Origin: Geodia barretti
Taxonomy: Eukaryota
Assembly: GCA_030341885.1 (NCBI GenBank)
Contig: CASHTH010003779.1
Span: forward strand, 72,806-100,264
Length of the DNA: 27,459 nucleotides
Direction: 5' to 3'
Shown here: piece by piece, positions 1-9,995 of the stretch
Layout of the letters: each line of letters starts with the position of its first letter
How positions within the stretch are numbered: the first letter of the stretch is position 1
Position numbers and translations under genes: made by a program
Notes under the pieces: model-generated
What the model saw: only the letters and a program-made list of their open reading frames with translations
What the model was told of the DNA's origin: nothing
The model's database searches: none

Positions 1-62
1 TGCAAACAAACAAACAAATCACGTTTTGGGTCACACACGGCAAGCAATTTTGTCCAACCCAC

Positions 63-251
63 CATCATCATTGATGACTACTTCCGTTGTGGTCCTAAAT
101 GTTGGCCAGAGACTGCCGACAACGGCCATATTGATCCTGAACCTCTCGTTTATTTCGTCAGCTAGGTCGCTCGTGATTCCCACATTCACACAGGCCCTGG
201 GGCTACTACCAGCCATGAGAGTAAGGAAACTTTCAACTGCCACATAGTCAC
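63..251 (-). CDS. Calx-beta protein exon 20 (last exon in the window; gene continues beyond position 1)
   Basis: A 61-nt intron (252..312) ending in tgtag|. Peptide GDYVAVESFLTLMAGSSPRACVNVGITSDLADEINERFRIN...VVINDDG, donor G|GTGGGT, phase 1. Confidence 0.65.
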
Positions 252-312
252 CTACATTTTTCAACCAAAATTCAAGATAGTTAGTGTATCAGGTCTTGTA
301 TGGCACTCTCAC

Positions 313-648
313 CGTTGGGTCCAGCATTAGCAGAGATGTCTTGCGACCGTAGAACCACCTGTACATCCTGACTCAGTGCACCGTTGGCCACGACACACAC
401 CTCCTGAAAACCATCAGCCTCTCCGACTTCATAAAGTGGAAACTCTATTCCTATTGGAGCCTCGACATCTGCGATAGTGACTGTAGCCACATCGTCTCCC
501 AGAATGACTGCTGGGTCGTTGGAGGTCACTGCCACAGTAAATGATTCGTCAGGCTCAACTACACCATCATCAATGATGGTTATTGTGAGGCAACTGGTGG
601 AGGGGAAGTCAACCATTTCGTTCACCACTGCAGTGAAATCCATTGGAG
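313..648 (-). CDS. Calx-beta protein exon 19 (paralog of exon 12)
   Basis: Peptide PMDFTAVVNEMVDFPSTSCLTITIIDDGVVEPDESFTVAVTSNDPAVILGDDVATVTIADVEAPIGIEFPLYEVGEADGFQEVCVVANGALSQDVQVVLRSQDISANAGPN, donor G|GTGAGA. Same 336-nt length as exon 12. Confidence 0.75.
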
Positions 649-845
649 CTGTATGGAGAGGAGGTCATGGGGTAAACTATTCATACTTTACATGCTTTGC
701 AACTAACCAGAAGCCATGCCGTTAAAGGTGTTGAAAAGGAGAGGGACATCTCTTGCAAACTGGACGGGAGGAGATGAAGTCTGAGCCACGCAGACTTCTA
801 CAGATCCACTGGACTCTTGTACTCTGTAGTCGACTGGCATAAATC
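351..845. repeat. Copy A of a roughly 500-bp near-identical segmental repeat (the partner copy is at 2141..2635, offset 1790 bp)
   Basis: Aligned 60-mers differ by only 0-3 mismatches across exon, intron and exon. Identity collapses at both ends (before 350/2140 and after 845/2635). Confidence 0.85.
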
Positions 846-857
846 CCAGTACAAAAG
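708..857 (-). CDS. Calx-beta protein exon 18 (paralog of exon 11)
   Basis: Acceptor cctgcag|, peptide FVLGFMPVDYRVQESSGSVEVCVAQTSSPPVQFARDVPLLFNTFNGMAS, donor G|GTTAGT. Same 150-nt length as exon 11. Confidence 0.75.
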
Positions 858-914
858 CTGCAGGTTTGAAGTTGTATCAAAACTGTCACCGTAGCCCCGT
901 TGCTGTACACTTAC

Positions 915-1103
915 TGGTTGCATCACTAATGAAGACTTGGGCCTCTTCCATTGCAAACGAGACAGCTAGGTCACTTGAACTCAGTCTCACACTGAATTCC
1001 TCCACACTCTCAACAGTCAGGTCTTCCACCAGTGCTATGTTGATGCAAATCTGGGTCGTGCTCATACTGAACACAAGGTCCACTGTGGTTGAAGTGTAGT
1101 CGT
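915..1103 (-). CDS. Calx-beta protein exon 17
   Basis: Acceptor gcatgcag|, peptide DYTSTTVDLVFSMSTTQICINIALVEDLTVESVEEFSVRLSSSDLAVSFAMEEAQVFISDAT, donor A|GTAAGT. Confidence 0.75.
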
Positions 1104-1169
1104 CTGCATGCAGGGCAAATTGTGTGTGACGAGTAAATCAGAAGACATGGAGGATGGAGGATTTCTTAC

Positions 1170-1325
1170 CAGGACTGGTGGCAGTCACGTCCGATGTGTT
1201 TAGTGTGACAATGACCTCACGACTCAGGATTCCCATTGTCCCCACACAAATCTCACCAAACCCAAAGCTCTCCGACAAGATGTACACACCCGTAAATGGT
1301 ATATTTGTGAATTCAAACACAATAT
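1170..1325 (-). CDS. Calx-beta protein exon 16
   Basis: Acceptor ccccacag|, peptide IVFEFTNIPFTGVYILSESFGFGEICVGTMGILSREVIVTLNTSDVTATSP, donor G|GTAAGA. Confidence 0.75.
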
Positions 1326-1391
1326 CTGTGGGGAGAGAAAAAACCATGTGATAGGATCAAACCAGCTGTTGAGAGAGCAGCGTGCATTCAC

Positions 1392-1580
1392 CGTCATCCA
1401 GGATGGACACCATGGCCGACTGGTTGAAGATTCCTTCTCCACTCACGCTCTCCAGGCTAATAGAGAACACCTCTGTCTGTTCGGTGACAGAGTCATCCAG
1501 AATGCCTATGTCCACACACATTTGCTGGCTCCCAGAGTTAAAGACGAGGGTCTGGTTGAGACTTGTGTAATCGGATCCAC
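1392..1580 (-). CDS. Calx-beta protein exon 15
   Basis: Acceptor ctctgcag|, peptide GSDYTSLNQTLVFNSGSQQMCVDIGILDDSVTEQTEVFSISLESVSGEGIFNQSAMVSILDD, donor G|GTGAAT. Confidence 0.75.
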
Positions 1581-1633
1581 CTGCAGAGGGATTATTACAG
1601 CCTGGAGCCTAGGGATGTACACTGGAGGCTTAC

Positions 1634-1780
1634 TCATAGCTGTTACGTCAGAGGTAGTAACACGGACAGTCACTCCATCTCTCTGGAGAAGTCCATTGAG
1701 GCTGACACAGATTGTGACAGCAGTGTTTAACCCTTCACTGACTGTGTACTCCTGAGGGCTGAACCCTACCTCGACCTCAT
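1634..1780 (-). CDS. Calx-beta protein exon 14
   Basis: Acceptor gattacag|, peptide EVEVGFSPQEYTVSEGLNTAVTICVSLNGLLQRDGVTVRVTTSDVTAM, donor A|GTAAGC, 147 nt, phase 1. Confidence 0.7.
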
Positions 1781-1835
1781 CTGTAATCAGAAGAAACTCA
1801 TTTTGTCTTCTTTGCTACTGACAATTCCAGCTCAC

Positions 1836-2033
1836 CATCATCCCGGATAACTACTTCAGTCGTGTTCCTGAATATCGGCATGGAAGTTAAAAGAGTCAAA
1901 TCAATTACAAATGTCTCTTCGCTTATTTCATCGAATGCGTCATCATTGATTGTTATGTTTACACAGGTCCTCGGATTGCTGCCAGCCACAAGGACCAAGG
2001 GCTCAGACACCGCCACAAAGTCGTCACTGTTAC
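1836..2033 (-). CDS. Calx-beta protein exon 13
   Basis: Acceptor gttttag|, peptide NSDDFVAVSEPLVLVAGSNPRTCVNITINDDAFDEISEETFVIDL...VVIRDDG, donor G|GTGAGC. Confidence 0.75.
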
Positions 2034-2102
2034 CTAAAACGGACACAAACCGAACTTTCAAACATGTGTATATTATAGTGGGCTAGGGAAGCTATTACTG
2101 AC

Positions 2103-2438
2103 CACCAGTTCCAGAGGTAGTGGAGACATCTCGTGACAATAGAAAAAGCTGTACGTCCTGATTCAGTAGACCGTTGGCCACCACACACACCTCCTGAAAA
2201 CCATCAGCTTCTCCGACTTCATAAAGTGGAAACTCTATTCCTATTGGAGCCTCGACATCTGCGATAGTGACTGTAGCCACATCGTCTCCCAGAATGACTG
2301 CTGGGTCGCTGGAGGTCACTGCCACAGTGAAGGACTCGTCAGGCTCAACTACACCATCATCAATGATGGTTATTGTGAGGCAACTGGTGGAGGGGAAGTC
2401 AACCATTTCGTTCACCACTGCAGTGAAATCCATTGGAG
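2103..2438 (-). CDS. Calx-beta protein exon 12 (end of one Calx-beta domain plus start of the next)
   Basis: Acceptor catacag|, peptide PMDFTAVVNEMVDFPSTSCLTITIIDDGVVEPDESFTVAVTSSDPAVILGDDVATVTIADVEAPIGIEFPLYEVGEADGFQEVCVVANG..., donor G|GTCAGT. Paralog of exon 19. Confidence 0.75.
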
Positions 2439-2635
2439 CTGTATGGAGAGGAGGTCATGGGGTAAACTATTCGTACTTTACATGCTTTGCAACTAACCAG
2501 AAGCCATGCCGTTAAAGGTGTTGAAAAGGAGAGGGACATCTCTTGCAAACTGGACGGGAGGAGATGAAGTCTGAGCCACGCAGACTTCTACAGATCCATT
2601 GGACTCTTGTACTCTGTAGTCGACTGGCACAAATT
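2141..2635. repeat. Copy B of the near-identical segmental repeat (partner 351..845)
   Basis: See copy A. It covers Calx-beta exons 11-12 and the intron between them. Confidence 0.85.
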
Positions 2636-2647
2636 CCAGCACGAATT
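2498..2647 (-). CDS. Calx-beta protein exon 11
   Basis: Acceptor tacacag|, peptide FVLEFVPVDYRVQESNGSVEVCVAQTSSPPVQFARDVPLLFNTFNGMAS, donor G|GTTAGT. Near-identical paralog of exon 18. Confidence 0.75.
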
Positions 2648-2720
2648 CTGTGTAAATTTGACAGCAGTGTGTTATGTCATACCGCGTCATACAACTGATG
2701 TATATACTGCAGGAGCTTAC

Positions 2721-2909
2721 GTGTAGAGTCAACGATGTTAACAGTGGCCTCGTCTCTTACAAACACAACGTCTGGATCGGAGGACGATAGGATCACTATG
2801 AAGGTCTCGGGAGTTTCCACCACCTGGTCTTGGGTGAGTGGTATGTCAGCACACACCACACTCTCGCCAGCGGCAAAGACGAGCGCTGTTGCCACTGAAC
2901 CGTAGTCAA
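2721..2909 (-). CDS. Calx-beta protein exon 10
   Basis: Acceptor ctctgcag|, peptide DYGSVATALVFAAGESVVCADIPLTQDQVVETPETFIVILSSSDPDVVFVRDEATVNIVDST, donor C|GTAAGC. Confidence 0.75.
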
Positions 2910-2987
2910 CTGCAGAGGAGAGCAAAATGGAGTCGTTCATTCAAAACAGTACTATACTAAGTGTAGTGGAGCTCTTGAAAGCCTTAC

Positions 2988-3140
2988 TTCCTTCCAGGGC
3001 AGTCTGTCCTGAGGTGTTTAACATGAGCACGACTTCTCGGTCAAGAGTGCCTCCTGTGATCCCCACACATACTGTAACGGCACCATCACTCTCTTGTACC
3101 AGGTACACTCCAATGATGTTTGTAAAATCAAATGAAATTT
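2988..3140 (-). CDS. Calx-beta protein exon 9
   Basis: Acceptor ctgcag|, peptide ISFDFTNIIGVYLVQESDGAVTVCVGITGGTLDREVVLMLNTSGQTALEG, donor A|GTAAGG. Confidence 0.7.
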
Positions 3141-3255
3141 CTGCAGATTGGACATAAGGATGGTGAAAACGACATTAATTTTTCCAGACTTGAGCCATCA
3201 TTTTTTACAGATCACTGTAAAAAATGCAGAGGTAAAAAGTTCTTCTTTGACTCAC

Positions 3256-3453
3256 GAGCTTCGTCCAGAATGATAACAGAGACATTTGTTGCAGAGCCAG
3301 GCTGAATGGCTGAATCATCAGAGAACACGGACACACCAAAGACCTCGTCGTCCTCAAAGATGTCGTCCACAGCAATAGTGATGTCGGCACATGTCCTGTT
3401 GGTGTTCCGTCCAAATGTTAGGTTAAACACACCACCACTGTAGTCATCTGGGT
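3256..3453 (-). CDS. Calx-beta protein exon 8
   Basis: Acceptor ttgacag|, peptide DPDDYSGGVFNLTFGRNTNRTCADITIAVDDIFEDDEVFGVSVFSDD...IILDEA, donor C|GTGAGT. Confidence 0.75.
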
Positions 3454-3519
3454 CTGTCAAATAGAACAAGAGGCAAAGCTAGAGTTTCATGCATGAGAAA
3501 TATATGGTAGCTGTAGCAC

Positions 3520-3663
3520 CTGTTGCAGTGAGTGGAGTTGTTTCTAACATGACTATCACATCCCTCTCCAGTTCAGCACCTCCAATGACTGCACACACCT
3601 CGACTGTCCCGGTCTGTTCTACTACAGCCACTGGCTGTGGTGGGTCCACAGAGATGGTTCCCA
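3520..3663 (-). CDS. Calx-beta protein exon 7
   Basis: Acceptor cttcag|, peptide VGTISVDPPQPVAVVEQTGTVEVCAVIGGAELERDVIVMLETTPLTAT, donor G|GTGCTA, phase 1. Confidence 0.7.
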
Positions 3664-3734
3664 CTGAAGAGAAAGAGAGAGAGAGAGCGAGTCAGTGGGC
3701 CCTGCAGTTGTCTATTGCTGAAGTGTGTGTTTAC

Positions 3735-3938
3735 CAGTTGAATCCAGGATTACTATGGTGCGATACAGTATCAGTATGGATACTGTACGCGGATCGATGG
3801 TAATGGAGATGATATGGAGACTAAAGACTTCGGGTCCCTCGATCAAGTTGTCCATTCTGATGGGAAATTCTACACACTGAGTTGTATCTCCACTGGCGAT
3901 GGTCACTTGCAGTGGACCAGATGCAAAATCATCCGCAT
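3735..3938 (-). CDS. Calx-beta protein exon 6
   Basis: Acceptor gtttag|, peptide DADDFASGPLQVTIASGDTTQCVEFPIRMDNLIEGPEVFSLHI...ILDST with the DF....G.L.....C..I.I.D..E..E.F motif, donor G|GTAAAC. Confidence 0.75.
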
Positions 3939-3997
3939 CTAAACACAAAAAGTGAAAGTATTATAGGAGGCTGCAGTACTAGGGTAGAATCATTTAC

Positions 3998-4141
3998 CCT
4001 CTTGGTCCACAGGGACGGACGCTAGTGAGAGCATCACCTCTAGGCCAGCCTGCAGGACTCCACTGACTACAGACACACACACTTCAGCAGTTCCGTTGCT
4101 CTCCGGAGTGTCCTCTGGTTGATCCAGGTCCACAAGGAGAA
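3998..4141 (-). CDS. Calx-beta protein exon 5
   Basis: Acceptor tgtgcag|, peptide VLLVDLDQPEDTPESNGTAEVCVSVVSGVLQAGLEVMLSLASVPVDQE, donor G|GTAAAT, phase 1. Confidence 0.7.
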
Positions 4142-4196
4142 CTGCACAGAACAGACAAGGTACCCGGATGCACAGAAGAGTAAGAGAAGGCCATAC

Positions 4197-4388
4197 CGTC
4201 GTTGTCTCTGATCTCTACAGAGGACACGTTGTTGTTGAAAACAACGAAGGGGTTGTTTGTGGCGAGGTTGACAGAGAAAAACTCTGTGAGTTCCACGGGG
4301 CTGTTGTCAAGGATGGGAATCATCACCACCCATTCCCCGTCGGACGAGAAACTGAGAGACCGGATGACCCCCTCGAAATCAGTCCCAG
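4197..4388 (-). CDS. Calx-beta protein exon 4 (second half of domain 1)
   Basis: Peptide GTDFEGVIRSLSFSSDGEWVVMIPILDNSPVELTEFFSVNL...EIRDNDG, donor G|GTATGG, phase 1. Confidence 0.7.
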
Positions 4389-4426
4389 CTGTAAACAAAC
4401 AGGTTTCACCAGGGCCAATTCAATAC

Positions 4427-4612
4427 ACGTTATAATGAGTGAAATCTGCTGCTTGCCTTCCGCTGATCCACTCTCAGTTGTGAGAAGGATGGTGATACTG
4501 TCCACGTCAAATGACGGTCCAGGGAACCCAGTGGCTCTCACAGTGACGTTCACATAGTCATCGGTACCTTCAGTGACGGTGTAGGTGTTGGGAGAAAACT
4601 CCACGAAAATGT
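4427..4612 (-). CDS. Calx-beta protein exon 3 (first half of Calx-beta domain 1)
   Basis: Acceptor tttacag|, peptide IFVEFSPNTYTVTEGTDDYVNVTVRATG... The only frame-compatible donor is ACGT|GTATTG, which gives a 38-nt intron. Confidence 0.6.
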
Positions 4613-4900
4613 CTGTAAAGGAAAGCCAGTGAGAGTGAAACGGGAAAACAAAAGTGTTGATGGTAAATACACAGCTACACTGTGAGAGGAATATAATAGC
4701 GGTCCCATTACAAGAGGTAATCACACACTGGCACCACACGACGCAGCCCAAATAATACATCGAATGCCCCGCATTCCAGGGTTACCAGCACACAGACACG
4801 AGAAGCCGTGTGTCTCACTCAGGTGTAACAGGCCATTTGCCATCGGTGTTAGAAGTCCGCTTGATCGGCACATTGCTGCTGCTAGGTGCTGCTTACTAAC

Positions 4901-5056
4901 CTGGGAGACAAGGGACCTCAGTGATGTCGAAACAGCATGTGTCCCTCTCGAAGCATCCAACATCACACGAGCACATATCAACCTCTCCACCGTTGATAAC
5001 ACACGACTGATCGGCACTTGGGACACAGCAGGTGCAAAACCCAGCAGAGATGCAAC
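4901..5056 (-). CDS. Calx-beta protein exon 2 (Cys-rich module)
   Basis: Acceptor acacag|, donor CCAG|GTTAGT, phase 1 on both sides. Encodes GCISAGFCTCCVPSADQSCVINGGEVDMCSCDVGCFERDTCCFDITEVPCLP, which contains 11 Cys. Confidence 0.6.
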
Positions 5057-5092
5057 CTGTGTATAAATATAAGTATAATATGCAGTGTGCTT

Positions 5093-5308
5093 GGTCGGCG
5101 AGTCCTCCATTAGATATATACAGTGAAACCTCTGAAAAAGGGACACGGTCGGCGAGTCCTCCATTAGATATATACAGTGAAACCTCTGAAAAAGGGACAC
5201 GGTCGGCGAGTCCTCCATTAGATATATACAGTGAAACCTCTGAAAAAGGGACACGGTCGGCGAGTCCTCCATTAGATATATACAGTGAAACCTCTGAAAA
5301 AGGGACAC
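5093..5308. repeat. 54-bp minisatellite, 4 near-perfect copies, in intron 1 of the Calx-beta gene
   Basis: Unit ggtcggcgagtcctccattagatatatacagtgaaacctctgaaaaagggacac is repeated head-to-tail. Because the period is a multiple of 3, it generates long artefactual ORFs on both strands. Confidence 0.9.
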
Positions 5309-5435
5309 CTTTGGGGATATTGTACGTGTCTTTTATTCAGAGGCGTTATATTTATATTCGGAGATAGTATAATACACCAAGTGTCCCTTATGAGAGGTCC
5401 GGAGGGTCCTTTTCGGAGGTATCTATGTCATGTAC

Positions 5436-5619
5436 CTGGCATTCCTGAGCCGCTGACTCCAGAGCCAGAGCCGCTGACACCAGAACCAACTACGCCAGAA
5501 CCAGAGCCGCTGGGCGTGATTGTCTGAGCTTGAGATATTCCATGAGTTCCTCTGCCACACACAAGCAGGACAGCAGTGAGCACCTGCAGCAGGGACTGCA
5601 TGCCCCTTCTCTTCTCCAT
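5436..5619 (-). CDS. Calx-beta repeat secreted protein, exon 1 (start codon, signal peptide, Gly/Ser-rich tract)
   Basis: ORF starts MEKRRGMQSLLQVLTAVLLVCGRGTHG, a basic N-terminus plus hydrophobic core typical of a signal peptide. It is followed by an SGSGSG(V)-rich tract. The donor CCAG|GTACAT leaves the exon ending in phase 1. Confidence 0.7.
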
Positions 5620-6493
5620 TCAGCTCACTACTTGACCTCTCCAAAACGCTACACAGCTAGCCAGACACTTCTCTCTTTTGCTTTACTCCTAGTAAAAGTT
5701 CTAGTTCATGTCCAGGAGCTTGCAAACTGCAGACTGTGTGGTACTGTGGGACTGGCCAGCCAATACCCTACACCGATTGAGCAGCTCGAGCATTCTGCTG
5801 GGAGACTTGTACAGTGTGAATCCTGGCACGGGGAGGCATGTACCAGCCAGCCCTGGGGGCAGGGCTGGAGACGAAAGTGCCACAGTTGTTAGGCACTGCA
5901 TCACTGCATGGTACAGCCAATTGACAAGGAATCTCAACCCCTATAGCTTCTGAGCTCCAACACGGCACACAGTGGTACTGGAATGCTCAGCTAACGGACT
6001 CATTTGGAGCGCAAATACTTCACAGCTTCTCTGCACATAGACATACACAGGTTGTCTTAGTAGCTATGATAATCTCAGTCATCCAGCACGTAAACGCGCA
6101 CATAGATCTGCTACTCTCAAGCTAGTCTAATGTCGGTCAGCACACGCATAAAGAAAAAAGAATGTAAAAATACGATATTCTTGAGTGGCAATGCATTACA
6201 ACATCTTGAACATAAGATGGACCATATACTTTAGAGGTGATAATAACCACTGTACAGAGTTGACAGGTTTTAGCACAACAGTGGGGTGGTGGTTGGTGAT
6301 GGTATGTATGTAGTAGTGTGGCATATAACAAGGGTGGTGGGGAGGGCGTATGAAGGAGAGAGAAACTGAGAGTGAGAGAGAGAGAGATGCCCAAAATAAC
6401 AGTTGTGTGGCTGGTGGCATCAAATAGAATGATAAAACCTAGTGGAATACAGGAGAGAGAGAGAGGATTGGTATAATGTTTTGCTGTTGTTGG

Positions 6494-6499
6494 TTTATT
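6494..6499 (-). promoter_or_regulatory. SMC3: Putative SMC3 polyadenylation signal (AATAAA on the minus strand)
   Basis: Minus-strand AATAAA about 45 nt downstream of the SMC3 stop codon. Confidence 0.4.
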
Positions 6500-6540
6500 C
6501 GTGGCCAGATAATACAGAACCTATTTCGAGGTCCAGCCCC

Positions 6541-6719
6541 CTATTTATCGGCCGTTTCTTGTTCGATGAAATCCTTGGCGGCCTCTTTGCTGACTGCGTT
6601 GATGTGACTGACTTTGTTCTGGAACTTGACTCCGTAGCACTTGTCTGCCACCTCCACCAGCTCGGGTCTGAAGGTCGTCGTGATGAACTGGGCATTGTCC
6701 GCCAGTCTGTGGATCATGG
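6541..6719 (-). CDS. SMC3: SMC3 exon 29 (D-loop/H-loop, stop TAG)
   Basis: Acceptor aatgcag|, peptide (A)MIHRLADNAQFITTTFRPELVEVADKCYGVKFQNKVSHINAVSKEAAKDFIEQETADK*. Confidence 0.8.
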
Positions 6720-6978
6720 CTGCATTGGTGGAGACAGAATGGGCCTCTCTGACATACAAATGTGTGTATACTGCAGGGTGTAAATAATATGGCAAAACTG
6801 AGCAAAAACTGAATTCACTACAATGCATGCAGAGAAGCTACCACTTCCATCTACAACATGAGCGTTTCATTCTAGCGTTGAAGGAAAAATTCACTAGTAA
6901 CTTCAGCCACCACGAAGATTCTTGTCTAATTTTAAAGGTGGTATATAGAGTTTCTATTATGAGGTGTAACAAGGCTCA

Positions 6979-7590
<612 letters not shown>

Positions 7591-7906
7591 TTATCATTAT
7601 TCATACAGCTGTTGACAACACAGTGAATCACACACATAGAGGGTATGGCGTAGAGAAAGCTTCAGGTATGCGAGGAATGTTGTTCCAACAGATGAGCAGG
7701 TCATTGTGTGTGGTAGGGCAGTGGCTGGTACTAGACCAGACATGTTTGGGCCCACTTCCTGCTACTTTACCTAATACACACACAGGGGGGTGATGGATGG
7801 ATGGTGTATCCCAGCACTGTGACTCATTCGCACCAATACAGAGGACAACAGTTAATCCACAGTGGGAACACAGAGCAGGCTCACAACTGTGATTCCCTGG
7901 AGTTCA

Positions 7907-8320
<414 letters not shown>

Positions 8321-8324
8321 TCAC

Positions 8325-8411
8325 CTGACTGAGGGGCAGCCCCTGGTACTTATCAAAGGCGTCTGCAGGCAGTGAACCAAGTTCCCTGATCTTACGCATA
8401 CTCTCCTCTTT
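8325..8411 (-). CDS. SMC3: SMC3 exon 24
   Basis: Peptide [29 protein letters not shown], matching human [23 protein letters not shown]. Confidence 0.8.
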
Positions 8412-8599
8412 CTACGAGAAACAAAACACTGGCAGTGAATCGTGTCGTGTGGTTTTCCCGGAGTACGGTGATCTACGTAGCCTCGTTCCCAGGCCTTCCA
8501 CGTGAGAGAGAAGGCCTGGGGACGAGACTAGTACTGTTATCCCCAAATACTAAAGCTTCAAAATCTGTGACGATTTTTAAAAGTGAGTGTGCGATGAAC

Positions 8600-8760
8600 C
8601 TTCTTGAGGAGGAGGCTGCGTTTGTTGGCCAGTTTCTCCATGGCCTTGGCCTCTTCCTCGATGGAGTCCAGCTGCTCTCTCTCCATGGTTTTCCACTTGT
8701 CCAGAGCCGTCTCTTTCTCCTTGATCTTCTTACCGTGATCATCCACACTTGCCACCACCT
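8600..8760 (-). CDS. SMC3: SMC3 exon 23
   Basis: Peptide (E)VVASVDDHGKKIKEKETALDKWKTMEREQLDSIEEEAKAMEKLANKRSLLLKK. Confidence 0.75.
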
Positions 8761-8986
8761 CTGCAATAAACCACCAGCACACTCTCTCACACCCTCACCA
8801 ATCTCACAAACCCTTTTTTCACTCTGAGAACTAGAACGATATTCGGCAAGTAATTAATGAAAGCAAGCCTATATGGATGTTCGAGCATGTGGACTGTCAG
8901 TGCGATAGTGTTGGAGAGAAAAGTTGAAATTTAGACGACTAAGCAGGCCTTGGATTTGCTCGCCTGGCCCAAGAGTGGTGTCTGAC

Positions 8987-9170
8987 CTTCCAGTCGTGAG
9001 CGAGTGGTGTTGATGGTGGTACAGAGATGCTCCAGCTCGGCAGTCTGCATCTCCAGTTCCTGGCGATGGTCGGCCATCGAGAGCTCCTCCATCTCCTGCA
9101 CCAGCTGCTCCTTCCTGCGCAGGAGGTTGCTGGACAGCAGGTTCTCCAGCTTGTTCTTCTCAGTCTCCAA
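8987..9170 (-). CDS. SMC3: SMC3 exon 22
   Basis: Peptide LETEKNKLENLLSSNLLRRKEQLVQEMEELSMADHRQELEMQTAELEHLCTTINTTRSRLE, donor G|GTCAGA. Confidence 0.75.
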
Positions 9171-9474
9171 CTGCACAACGTGGGTGGGTGGAGTGTAGTT
9201 GGCAATGTGACTGCTGGCAGCATAATGAAAGCAGAAACTTTATCCACAACCTGATCCTTCTTGGTACTACGTTATAATATGCCGACTAATACAGCACTGC
9301 TAAATATTGAACACTGCGAAACACTTGGTGATGTTAGTAGAAGGCTTCATTGTATACTAAGTACAGTATTCATATGGATGGGCAGTTACAAATGTAGGTG
9401 CATTGGACTATGATGCTGACAATACTATAGATGTATGGGACTATGACAGGGAGATGTCACGTAGAACAAAGTAC

Positions 9475-9546
9475 CTCTGTTCTCTCTCTGAGACACTCTT
9501 TTAGCTGCTGTTGTAGAGTCTGAACCTCTTCCCCCAATCTCTCCAC
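9475..9546 (-). CDS. SMC3: SMC3 exon 21
   Basis: Peptide VERLGEEVQTLQQQLKECLRERTE, 72 nt. Confidence 0.7.
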
Positions 9547-9611
9547 CTGTGCATACGTACGTACGCAACACTACAGTCACATGCATAACGATAGGGGCCA
9601 ACAGAAGTCAT

Positions 9612-9972
9612 ACAACACAACGGAAGAGGGTCTTTGCTATCAGTTTCAAAGTATGTATGTCTAATAGGCATGTGTGTATGTCTCACAATACAACAGAAGA
9701 GGGTCTTTGCTATCAGTTTCATGTGTAATAAGTCTAATAGGCAGGTGTGTATGTCTCACAATACAACAGAAGAGGGTCTTTGCTATCAGTTTCATGTGTA
9801 ATAAGTCTAATAGGCATGTGTGTATGTCTCACAATACAACAGAAGAGGGTCTTTGCTATCAGTTTCATGTGTAATAAGTCTAATAGGCAGGTGTGTATGT
9901 CTCACAATACAACAGAAGAGGGTCTTTGCTATCAGTTTCATGTGTAATAGGTCTAATAGGCAGGTGTGTATG
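9612..9972. repeat. 73-bp tandem repeat, about 4.9 copies, in the SMC3 intron between exons 20 and 21
   Basis: The unit ...acaatacaacagaagagggtctttgctatcagtttcatgtgtaataagtctaataggca(t/g)gtgtgtatgtctc recurs at 9685, 9758, 9831 and 9904. Confidence 0.9.
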
Positions 9973-9995
9973 CCTCTGTGCCAAGTTGTACATAC

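Noticed and set aside
281-2515. Plus-strand ORFs (477..725, 2267..2515, 1348..1755, 1862..2086) antisense to the Calx-beta exons
   Set aside because: They are mirror-image frames of the minus-strand coding exons. The Calx-beta motifs and the phase-consistent splice sites are all on the minus strand.
4721-5367. 195-aa minus-strand and 111-aa plus-strand ORFs with internally repeated peptides (SLFQRFHCIYLMEDSPTV... and SASPPLDIYSETSEKGTR...)
   Set aside because: They read through the 54-bp minisatellite (period divisible by 3) in the Calx-beta intron. They are repeat artefacts.
5700-6540. Short ORFs (for example 6137..6423 minus, 5530..5892 plus) between the Calx-beta gene start and the SMC3 3' end
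   Set aside because: These are low-complexity peptides (HHQPPPH..., LSLSLSVSLS) in an intergenic 3'UTR/promoter spacer, with no splice or homology support.
8473-8790. 105-aa minus-strand ORF (MRECAGGLLQRWW...) overlapping SMC3 exon 23
   Set aside because: It is an alternative frame of the same region. The SMC3 frame (VVASVDDHGKKIKEKETALDKWK...) is the conserved one and is flanked by valid splice sites.
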